DNA of 64,000 bases from a virus (IMGVR_UViG_3300021399_000126:33887-97886); one strand, 5' to 3'. Numbered from the stretch's first letter, positions 8,366-15,770 are shown. Notes: generated by a model not told the origin, from the sequence alone. Numbers and translations: made by a program.

Positions 8366-9220
8366 TTAAGCCTCCTTCATCTTTGCATAAAGCGCAACAA
8401 TAGATTCACTAATGTGACCTACTCCTTTTATTTTAGTTATAGCATTTAACCCGTTTTTCTGTAAAAAGAAATATAACTGGTTAATGTTATTTATACAATT
8501 CCTTACAAAACTGTTCACATACCTTGTTGCATAAGAATCATTTAATTTTGCTTCAGGGCATAGAAAATTTCTTAACATATTTATAGAACTAATACCAACC
8601 CCATTCGGATCTTTATCAGATGGTACATCATTTGCAGTATTATAGATATCAGCAAATTTCTTCCGGTCAGAATCCTGTAAATCTTTTGGAAATTTAGAAT
8701 ATAATTTATTCCTTAATTCAGATTTAACAGACTGAGGATATAGTAATGTTTGATACATGTCAGGATCGTCAAATAGTGTTACAAAATCTGACATGGTTAT
8801 AATACCCTTATCATTAAGCATCTTAATAATCATTTTCTGAGAAGAAAGAGACCACCTCTTATTTATCTCAAATTTAAGATTCATATGAGATGCTCGTCTT
8901 TCGAGAAGTTTTATGATATAATCATCACTACTTTTCTCAGCTTCTTTTTCACAGAACTCTTCAAAAGTAGGTTTCTTTTCGTCCGTACAACTCTTAGAAG
9001 AATTTTCTGAACGATTTAAAACCTTGCCAGTGGTTACAGGACCAGAATCTTCAGAATCAACCTCATTAAAAGGATATTCTTTTTCCTCTGCATGATCAGA
9101 GAGATACTGTTCACACTTACCTCTTATAAGACCCAATTTAAAAGCATTCACAGTTGGGTCTCTGTCCAGCTTTGATATTTCCATTAAATCATTAACGAGC
9201 ACTAAGTCTCCTTTAGTCAT
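8366..9220 (-). CDS. Protein with RNA polymerase alpha-CTD-like helix-hairpin-helix domain(s)
   Basis: C-terminal TRYVNSFVRNCINNINQL...ITKIKGVGHISE resembles the alpha-CTD consensus. Confidence 0.5.
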   Translation of the reverse strand: MTKGDLVLVNDLMEISKLDRDPTVNAFKLGLIRGKCEQYLSDHAEEKEYPFNEVDSEDSGPVTTGKVLNRSENSSKSCTDEKKPTFEEFCEKEAEKSSDDYIIKLLERRASHMNLKFEINKRWSLSSQKMIIKMLNDKGIITMSDFVTLFDDPDMYQTLLYPQSVKSELRNKLYSKFPKDLQDSDRKKFADIYNTANDVPSDKDPNGVGISSINMLRNFLCPEAKLNDSYATRYVNSFVRNCINNINQLYFFLQKNGLNAITKIKGVGHISESIVALYAKMKEA

Positions 9221-9231
9221 ATTTGACCTCC

Positions 9232-9486
9232 CTATAATAAATTATTTGCAGCGCAATACTCCTCAATTGTGTACTGATGGTATTGTTCAATTTTTTCAAC
9301 ATTTTTAACTTTAACAAAAAGGCCATCTTTTAAAATATAATATGGACTTTTTATAGTTTTATTGTATATAGCCGCTACCTGTTTATACGGCATCAGTCGA
9401 CATTTCGTCTGCCATCCCGGATTCTGACTCAGCGACATTATCGCTGCCCTCATGCTGTGCATTGGTGTCTTTTTCTTCATTTTCAA
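9232..9486 (-). CDS. Hypothetical protein
   Basis: ORF track, GGAGG SD. Confidence 0.6.
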   Translation of the reverse strand: MKMKKKTPMHSMRAAIMSLSQNPGWQTKCRLMPYKQVAAIYNKTIKSPYYILKDGLFVKVKNVEKIEQYHQYTIEEYCAANNLL

Positions 9487-9808
9487 CCTCCGAAAGATCC
9501 CAAGTTACACCGAAATTGAGAATATTTTCATCAATATCATGTGCTGGGATGTACTTTTGGATCACTACTACTTCTCTAACTGCCAACGACTTTGTCACTA
9601 TCTTGGCACTATTATTTGCCATAGCTGTAAGCAAGGCCATGTAGTTCTCTTTTGCAAAGATCAATGCTTCAGTTAAACTAGGAAATACTATTGCATCCTT
9701 AGAATCATAAGAAAATCTATAGCCTGTTGAGTCACTTGACTCTGAAACATAATAGAAATTCTTCTTTCCCTTAAATACACCGTTTACGCTAATTACAAAT
9801 TTTGACAT
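9383..9808 (-). CDS. Hypothetical protein
   Basis: ORF track, AGGAG SD. Confidence 0.6.
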   Translation of the reverse strand: MSKFVISVNGVFKGKKNFYYVSESSDSTGYRFSYDSKDAIVFPSLTEALIFAKENYMALLTAMANNSAKIVTKSLAVREVVVIQKYIPAHDIDENILNFGVTWDLSEVENEEKDTNAQHEGSDNVAESESGMADEMSTDAV

Positions 9809-9825
9809 AGTTTTTTCTCCTTTTA

Positions 9826-10032
9826 TTAAATAATATCTTCGTCAGTGATTTCGATGGGCAAACTAATATTTTTAGCTCCTTTCTGGCCCAAATATAATTT
9901 CACTGTATCTTTATCTGGTTCTGCCCTAAGAACAATATCTTTAGAAACTCCCAATGCTTCTGAGAATTTTTCGGATATTATCTTTGTGTTTAGATGATGC
10001 GCTGCATCACAAGTAAATTTCAATACTAACAT
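9826..10032 (-). CDS. Hypothetical protein
   Basis: GGAGG SD before MLVLKF; the upstream extension runs through a terminator. Confidence 0.6.
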   Translation of the reverse strand: MLVLKFTCDAAHHLNTKIISEKFSEALGVSKDIVLRAEPDKDTVKLYLGQKGAKNISLPIEITDEDII

Positions 10033-10043
10033 ATTTCCTCCAT

Positions 10044-10078
10044 AAAAAGCTAAGAGGAACCTTATTAGATTCCTCTTA
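10044..10078 (-). terminator. Cassette hairpin terminator
   Basis: TAAGAGGAATC-TAATAA-GGTTCCTCTTA followed by GCTTTTT. Confidence 0.75.
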
Positions 10079-10086
10079 ACCAATTT

Positions 10087-10137
10087 GCCATGAATCGCCA
10101 TGTGCTAACGCCGCTGTTTTGCCCACAGCAGTAAGAG
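10087..10137 (-). ncRNA. Two-hairpin RNA motif, copy 2
   Basis: CUGCUGU-GGGCAAA-ACAGCGG, with a compensatory change relative to the copy at 2661-2689. Confidence 0.5.
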
Positions 10138-10141
10138 CATT

Positions 10142-10303
10142 TTAATATTCTTCAGGAATTTTCAGATATTTTTTAACCGCAATTGTCGGAAGATGTAGCT
10201 TCGTTGCGATTTCATACCATTCTAAATGTTCCTCGTAACGAAGTATATCAATCTCCTCTTTTTCTTTTTCGGTTAATACATAAATCTTAATTTTATTTCC
10301 CAT
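10142..10303 (-). CDS. 53-aa helix-turn-helix protein (sigma region 4-like)
   Basis: Manual: MGNKIKIYVLTEKEKEEIDILRYEEHLEWYEIATKLHLPTIAVKKYLKIPEEY; AGGAGG SD. Confidence 0.6.
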   Translation of the reverse strand: MGNKIKIYVLTEKEKEEIDILRYEEHLEWYEIATKLHLPTIAVKKYLKIPEEY

Positions 10304-10316
10304 TTTAATCACCTCC

Positions 10317-10342
10317 TATAATAGAAGGCTTAATATTTGCGA
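10317..10342 (-). promoter_or_regulatory. Cassette promoter motif abutting the SD
   Basis: TCGCAAATATTAAGCCTTCTATTATA directly followed by GGAGG. Confidence 0.65.
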
Positions 10343-10591
10343 TTATTCATCTTCTGCATCTTCTTTACCAGAATTGATATGGAAGATATATGACTTACCA
10401 TCTTCACTCATTGTAGCATTTTTAGTTAGACTGTTGCATATCGATCCAGCAGTGCGTCCTGTTATAGCCACATCTATTAATTTCAATCCGGCTATAATAA
10501 TAGCACCAATACCAACACCAGTTAATAAACCGTGAACCATGGGTGACTTTCTGTAAAGATCCATTGATACATCATAAGCACTTTTCTTCAT
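10343..10591 (-). CDS. Small membrane protein
   Basis: GLLTGVGIGAIIIAGL TM segment. Confidence 0.6.
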   Translation of the reverse strand: MKKSAYDVSMDLYRKSPMVHGLLTGVGIGAIIIAGLKLIDVAITGRTAGSICNSLTKNATMSEDGKSYIFHINSGKEDAEDE

Positions 10592-10612
10592 ATTTTATCT
10601 CCTTTTTTATGT

Positions 10613-10888
10613 TTAGAATGAAGTATTTGCGGGAAAATTAGCAATCTTAGGATCTATTTTTAAAGCATCACAAATATAACCCTTTAAATCTATAATACTA
10701 GCATATTTAAATTCTTTTCTTTTATATAAAAAATTGTCATCATATACATCACGAATTAAATATATTATTTGGTTGTCGTCACACAATTCAATTTTTGTTA
10801 TAACACCCAATCTATCTTTTACACATGTGTTAACAGCTCCATATGGATGATCGACAGTTATAATCACAATATCACCTACAGAATACAT
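10613..10888 (-). CDS. KOW/SH3-barrel-like phage protein
   Basis: YSVGDIVII...GVITKI. Confidence 0.55.
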   Translation of the reverse strand: MYSVGDIVIITVDHPYGAVNTCVKDRLGVITKIELCDDNQIIYLIRDVYDDNFLYKRKEFKYASIIDLKGYICDALKIDPKIANFPANTSF

Positions 10889-10900
10889 ATTTATTTCCTC

Positions 10901-11704
10901 CTATGTAAATAATGGACAAGATATAATATTTCCCTTACTATCTCTTTTAGAACCTTTAGGATCGTTCCTAAAATCACTTTTCATTAGATAACATTTATTA
11001 TAACTTGTCTTGCAGGTTGCACATAATGATACAAAAGTTTCTTTTTTCTTAGTTCTTGGCGCAGAATATAATTTTGTTACAGATTCACTCCTTTCTTTTT
11101 TAATAATTTCTAGATGCTTTTGCCACTTTTTCTCACATTCTTCTGAACATCTAGAAATTTCATTAGGAATTTTACCTATTGGATAAATTTTGATTTGTTT
11201 CTTGTTACATACTGGACAAAATTCTATTCTTTGAACTTCTGTAGCTTTTGGTTTTGGCTTGATTTTTGGAATGCTATAAGTTTTATGCATATATACTTGT
11301 CGACATTCAGGTGAACAAAATTGAGTTTGCCATCTGTCCGGATCTACTCCTTTTGCACCATTTATTGGCTTTAAACACTGCCTACAAAGCATATGTTTAG
11401 CTGACCACTTTTTTCTACATTCTACTGAACAAAAGAAATGAATATTATCAGGATCGTCGGATAAACCTTTTCCCATAATTACTAAATCTGGTGGTATCTT
11501 AAATGCTTTATTACAGTTTGAACAAATGTAATCCTGTAACTTTGGTTGATAATAAATTCTTTTATTTCTATTTATTTCTTTAGCCATTTTGACCTTTAAT
11601 CGATCAGAATTTGGTGAACATTCTGGACAATATTTCCTATTTGATCGATTTGCATCAAATGATTTACCGCATATCTCACATTCTTTTATCATAACGAACG
11701 ACAC
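10901..11704 (-). CDS. Multi-zinc-finger protein (TRASH/MYM-like repeats)
   Basis: Repeated CxxC...(F/Y)CSxEC units. Confidence 0.7.
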   Translation of the reverse strand: MSFVMIKECEICGKSFDANRSNRKYCPECSPNSDRLKVKMAKEINRNKRIYYQPKLQDYICSNCNKAFKIPPDLVIMGKGLSDDPDNIHFFCSVECRKKWSAKHMLCRQCLKPINGAKGVDPDRWQTQFCSPECRQVYMHKTYSIPKIKPKPKATEVQRIEFCPVCNKKQIKIYPIGKIPNEISRCSEECEKKWQKHLEIIKKERSESVTKLYSAPRTKKKETFVSLCATCKTSYNKCYLMKSDFRNDPKGSKRDSKGNIISCPLFT

Positions 11705-12015
11705 CTCTTACAATGCTTCTTTATTCTCTCTAAATTTGCATTTATATGATTTAAAAGAGATTGTGTTTCTGGTGAATATAATTTGTCCAATTCTTCCTGT
11801 ATTTCTTCCACCTGATCATTTATATATCTGAAATTATAATCCAGAAATATAGCTTTTTCAGATTCATTTCTTAATTCTCTATCACCTTTAACGATTAATG
11901 CCAATTTGTCAAGTGGTACATTCATTGCCCAATCCATAGCTTGATCAAAAGAACAACCCGTCTTTTTTTCATAAATGTCAGCTGCTTCAATAGCCAGTTC
12001 TTTTATTTTTCCCAT
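11689..12015 (-). CDS. Hypothetical protein
   Basis: AAGGTG SD before MGKIKELA. Confidence 0.6.
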   Translation of the reverse strand: MGKIKELAIEAADIYEKKTGCSFDQAMDWAMNVPLDKLALIVKGDRELRNESEKAIFLDYNFRYINDQVEEIQEELDKLYSPETQSLLNHINANLERIKKHCKRCRSL

Positions 12016-12472
12016 TTTTACACCTTTCTTCATGATTATTTTCCCATCCGACGATATCTGTTTCATCAGTTTCCATAAGTAAATTATACTTTTTCCATAT
12101 ATCATATAATTTTGGCATCTGAATAGCTATCCAATCTACTAGTGGCTCATTTGAAGACCATGATGTTGGATCTAGATGAGATTGATTGCCTAATCCACAT
12201 TCATATATAAAAGCATGTGTTACCTCATGTCTCAAAGTATGTTTATAACGTTCATACCTTGTGTCAGGATATCTAGAGGCATATTTAAATTCATTTTGAT
12301 CAGTAAGATCAGCTATAATAATATTTTTAATATAAAAATCAGTATAACCGTTGCATGGGTGATCTGATAAAATGAAATCATCGGAAACCTTTTTTATTTT
12401 TACAGTATAATCAATTCCTAAAATGTTTATTTTTTTAGGAACTTCGAATTCTTTTTCTTTAATTTTTCCCAT
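11987..12472 (-). CDS. HExxH zinc metallopeptidase-like protein (ImmA/IrrE-like)
   Basis: TLRHEVTHAFIYECG...NEPLVDW. Confidence 0.7.
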   Translation of the reverse strand: MGKIKEKEFEVPKKINILGIDYTVKIKKVSDDFILSDHPCNGYTDFYIKNIIIADLTDQNEFKYASRYPDTRYERYKHTLRHEVTHAFIYECGLGNQSHLDPTSWSSNEPLVDWIAIQMPKLYDIWKKYNLLMETDETDIVGWENNHEERCKNGKNKRTGY

Positions 12473-12508
12473 ATTTTCTCACCATTTTGACCTTTCATTT
12501 TTAAATTT

Positions 12509-12630
12509 AAAAGACTTAGAGGAACCATATTCGATTCCTCTACGCCTAACAACTACAAGAAAGGAGGATGCGGAATGATAAAATATACCATTTTTGATAT
12601 ACTTTACCACTCTCATCCATCTTTCCACAT
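12509..12630 (-). ncRNA. Long G.U-rich hairpin sRNA with its own promoter and terminator
   Basis: Promoter 12631-12656, imperfect stem of about 26 bp at about 12559-12624, terminator 12516-12543; no SD-led ORF on the minus strand. Confidence 0.7.
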
Positions 12631-12714
12631 CATAATAGGAGGAATATTTTTTGCGAAAGATAAAGAAAAATATGAAGGAAGCCATAAGACTTCCTTGTTT
12701 TTAATGAAAGTTAT

Positions 12715-12813
12715 TTAACTCTCACGTTTTGACTCGATATACTCGAGTGCCTTTTCACGGCTCTCGAATATAATACCATCAACAACGTATACTTCTCTCT
12801 CATTATTTTCCAT
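12715..12813 (-). CDS. 32-aa cassette peptide
   Basis: Manual: MENNEREVYVVDGIIFESREKALEYIESKRES; GGAGG SD. Confidence 0.65.
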   Translation of the reverse strand: MENNEREVYVVDGIIFESREKALEYIESKRES

Positions 12814-12966
12814 TTTTTTATCCTCCATTTTCCTTCATATTACTGATAAGACACTATTATCTTATCATTATAGGGGTAATAAATTTTGCGAAAGATAAAA
12901 GACTTAGAGAGACCATAATTGATCTCTCTATTGTCTGTTACCCATAACCAATTCCTAACAAAGGAA

Positions 12967-13326
12967 TTAAGGCTTTCTGCACTGATTTGAAGGCGAGAAC
13001 TTTGATCGTCCCATTTCGATCTGAATCTCGTCGTCAGGATTCTGAGATCTGCGATATTGCACATTGTAATTTATCACTGGAACTATAACACCCCCGACAG
13101 CTGCCAATCCAGCTAAAACTGCTGCCCAGATCTTAGCTCTACTTTCAACTTTCGAGCTTTCAATCTTAGCAATAGCTTCATACTTTTGTGCCATCTGGAT
13201 GCGAAGTTCCTTCTTTCGTTCTGGTGTGCAGTTTTCGCGCCACATTTCCTCTTCGTCCATTGCGACAAGATCCAATAAATCATCGGACATTGTTTTCTTC
13301 TTCTTAAACCAATCTTTTATTGCCAT
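12967..13326 (-). CDS. Coiled-coil plus TM cassette protein
   Basis: AAAGGAG SD; IWAAVLAGLAAVGGVIVPV TM segment. Confidence 0.7.
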   Translation of the reverse strand: MAIKDWFKKKKTMSDDLLDLVAMDEEEMWRENCTPERKKELRIQMAQKYEAIAKIESSKVESRAKIWAAVLAGLAAVGGVIVPVINYNVQYRRSQNPDDEIQIEMGRSKFSPSNQCRKP

Positions 13327-13440
13327 TTTATTCTCCTTTCTAAAACGGTTAATAAGTTACCTATTATATAAGCCATAATTTTAGCGAAAAGCCTAAAGAG
13401 GCCATAATGACCCCTTTTAGGTTTTATTGGGTTTCTTTTA

Positions 13441-13818
13441 TCACCACTCCCAAATTAAGGTGAACAGATCACAATATTTAACTACCAAATTTTGTAACGC
13501 ACAATATATAACTGATGGTTCACAATCTTCATTAGTATTTTCTGCTATATCGGCTGCTAAATCCTCCATAAAAGCTACTAAAGTATCGTCAGTTTCATTT
13601 GCAACTCTTTTTGCTAAATCATAGCATGTATCTCCATCCCTATAAAAACGATTCAATTCTTTCTCTCTACGTTTTTTAGTAATGCAGAGTAATACTATTT
13701 GTGCAGGAAGAGTTATAAGATTCACTGCAATAACTAGTGGCCAGTACAAAATACCTGCCAATATAGTTAATACTACATTTCTAAGAATCATTCCAACATT
13801 GTACATAAAGTTTTTCAT
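13441..13818 (-). CDS. Membrane cassette protein
   Basis: AGGAGG SD before MKNFMY; hydrophobic N-terminus. Confidence 0.7.
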   Translation of the reverse strand: MKNFMYNVGMILRNVVLTILAGILYWPLVIAVNLITLPAQIVLLCITKKRREKELNRFYRDGDTCYDLAKRVANETDDTLVAFMEDLAADIAENTNEDCEPSVIYCALQNLVVKYCDLFTLIWEW

Positions 13819-13930
13819 GTTACATTTCCTCCTTAATGTTAAACACAGCACTATTACTGTATTATAGAAGGAATAAATTGTGCGAAAAGATTAGAGAGAC
13901 CATAATTGATCTCTCTACATTCTAAATTTT

Positions 13931-14032
13931 TTAAATCGAAGATAATAGCCACATGCCTACTATAAATGCGACTATCGTTAGTAATCCTACTATATCTCGG
14001 ATCACCTTCAATATTTGTCTAATTGTAAACAT
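13931..14032 (-). CDS. 33-aa hydrophobic cassette peptide
   Basis: Manual: MFTIRQILKVIRDIVGLLTIVAFIVGMWLLSSI; AGGAGG SD. Confidence 0.65.
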   Translation of the reverse strand: MFTIRQILKVIRDIVGLLTIVAFIVGMWLLSSI

Positions 14033-14129
14033 ATTCTTTTTACCTCCTTATAATTAATCTATTATAGAAGGAATATAATATGCGAAAAACTCAAAGAGGC
14101 CATAATGACCTCTTCAAGTCTCTCCATAT

Positions 14130-14342
14130 TTAATTGTTCTTATTATTATAATGTAAAGTCATGCATCGAACATTATTCATATTATAAGCCACCCTCTGAT
14201 GATCTAAATCATTCACAAAAATGAAGCCATTATTAATTTCAATTACCCCTTTACCTTCAAGATATTTGAAACTTACATTTCCTTCACCTACGATGTGAAT
14301 TTCACCTTCTCCATCAAAGAAACTAATAAATAATTCTGTCAT
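14130..14342 (-). CDS. 70-aa cassette protein
   Basis: AGGAGG SD; flanked by promoter and terminator. Confidence 0.7.
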   Translation of the reverse strand: MTELFISFFDGEGEIHIVGEGNVSFKYLEGKGVIEINNGFIFVNDLDHQRVAYNMNNVRCMTLHYNNKNN

Positions 14343-14445
14343 AGTACAGTCCTCCTTTATAATATAAGCGACACTATTGTCTATTATAGAAGGAATAATT
14401 TTTGCGTGAAAAAATTATAGAAGGGATGAAAACATTAGTTAATAG

Positions 14446-14595
14446 TTACTTTTGTAAACTAACTTGTTTTCTTGCTACATCAAGAGCTACTCGTTCAGCT
14501 CTCTTATTACCTTTAGTTCCTCGTCTAACGAGAATCTGCTGTGCTAAGATTTGAGCCTGACGCTCAAGATTTTCATCTTCAAGTCTTTTACTCAT
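14446..14595 (-). CDS. 49-aa basic cassette protein
   Basis: GAGG SD before MSKRLEDENL. Confidence 0.6.
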   Translation of the reverse strand: MSKRLEDENLERQAQILAQQILVRRGTKGNKRAERVALDVARKQVSLQK

Positions 14596-14725
14596 AATTA
14601 CCTCACTTTCTATCCCTTCTATCATTATACAAACAATAAATCTTGCGTCCGTACAAGTTTTTATCCATTTTGAAAAAATTAAAGAAACCATAAAAAGAAG
14701 AGGAGCAATATGCTCCCCGACTTTA

Positions 14726-15046
14726 TTAGTCCTTGTAGTATAATATGTTATACGCTAATATATCGCCTGTATTGTTTGTAACTATTTGAAATTCAAATTC
14801 ATTACAATCATATACAAGACCATACATTTCTGTACCATCCTCATACTCAACTCCTATAAAGTCGATATTCTGCTCTTCTTCTTTATCGAGATACATTTCA
14901 TAATTGAGTATCTCGGTATAATCCATTTCTTCATATTTAGTAACATATGCATCATCAACATTGTATACTTCAGTATCTTCTACCAAAGTCATCCCAACGA
15001 ATGACATAAACATCTTTATTACCATTGTTAAAATAAATTTTACCAT
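14726..15046 (-). CDS. Acidic exported or membrane-anchored cassette protein
   Basis: Hydrophobic N-terminus followed by a D/E/Y-rich domain. Confidence 0.7.
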   Translation of the reverse strand: MVKFILTMVIKMFMSFVGMTLVEDTEVYNVDDAYVTKYEEMDYTEILNYEMYLDKEEEQNIDFIGVEYEDGTEMYGLVYDCNEFEFQIVTNNTGDILAYNILYYKD

Positions 15047-15167
15047 AATTTTATCCTCTTTTCTATAAAATGTCGACAGCCAATTCTGTCTATTAAAGAG
15101 GTAATAAATTTTGCGTATTTTGAAAAAATTAAAGAAGCCTTATTTTCTAAAGCTTCTTAATTTTTTA

Positions 15168-15290
15168 TTATACAATACCGAAATTAAGAACTCGGTATCC
15201 TTTTGCTTTACACCAATCAAGACCTTCCTGAACAGTTTCGAATACTGCCCAACGGATCTCGTTGTCTACTAAAAAGAATACTCTTCTCAT
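15168..15290 (-). CDS. 40-aa cassette peptide
   Basis: Manual: MRRVFFLVDNEIRWAVFETVQEGLDWCKAKGYRVLNFGIV; AGGAGG SD. Confidence 0.65.
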   Translation of the reverse strand: MRRVFFLVDNEIRWAVFETVQEGLDWCKAKGYRVLNFGIV

Positions 15291-15377
15291 AACTTCGTAC
15301 CTCCTTTCTATAAAAGAGGTATTAAATTTTGCGAAAAATTAAAGAGGCCATATTTTTAAAAAAGAGAAAGAGGCCTT

Positions 15378-15500
15378 TTAAGCCTCGTCCTCTAATTCTT
15401 CAATTAAAAAGCATTCAATTCTAAATGCACAAGAGTCACAATCATCACATGGGTGACCTTCTGCTTCACATATCTTGTACATTTCTATTAATTCATCCAT
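15378..15500 (-). CDS. 40-aa acidic Cys-rich cassette peptide
   Basis: Manual: MDELIEMYKICEAEGHPCDDCDSCAFRIECFLIEELEDEA; AGGAGG SD. Confidence 0.65.
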   Translation of the reverse strand: MDELIEMYKICEAEGHPCDDCDSCAFRIECFLIEELEDEA

Positions 15501-15540
15501 TTTTTATCACCTCCTTATTACAGAAGGAATATAATCTGCG

Positions 15541-15770
15541 ACTAAGGATTCGGACCCTAGTTCTTCATACCAAGCAGAAAGGTAGACCTTGGTAGACGTT
15601 TTATACCGGATATAAACTATCGCAAACCTTATAAGTCACCCCTCACACGGAGGTTTTATTTTATCAGGAGAACTCGGCAAGGTTTTAGAGGTATCTTATA
15701 AGGGGTTGTGTGAGGGGTATGAAACATGTATAAATTCGTAGCCATTTTGAATTGTTTACGAAATTAGATA
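15541..15770 (-). ncRNA. Structured non-coding region at the late/accessory boundary
   Basis: T-loop hairpin 15541-15561; 11-bp inverted repeat 15638-15648/15708-15718; two CTTATAAG palindromes; hairpin enclosing TCAAAATGG at about 15733-15765. Confidence 0.45.

Larger units (their letters stand above)
12631..15541 (-). repeat. Array of promoter-gene-terminator cassettes
   Basis: Promoter motif at about 12631, 12866, 13362, 13860, 14060, 14382, 14623, 15091, 15309, 15516; hairpins at about 12675, 12905, 13392, 13891, 14090, 14696, 15124, 15363. Confidence 0.85.

Noticed and set aside
10087-10137. c-di-GMP-I riboswitch (GGCAAA)
   Set aside because: The P2/P3 architecture and tetraloop receptor are not evident, and the position is 3' of a gene
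12479-13064. Minus-strand ORFs 12479-12685 and 12840-13064
   Set aside because: They run through promoter and terminator elements or overlap real genes, and lack an SD
12500-15541. CRISPR array interpretation of the repeated intergenic motifs
   Set aside because: The repeats are degenerate, irregularly spaced 120-500 nt apart, and enclose SD-led ORFs; no cas genes are visible
15581-15598. Antisense match to a tRNA-Leu D-loop (TTGGTAGACG)
   Set aside because: A 10-nt match is too short to distinguish from chance
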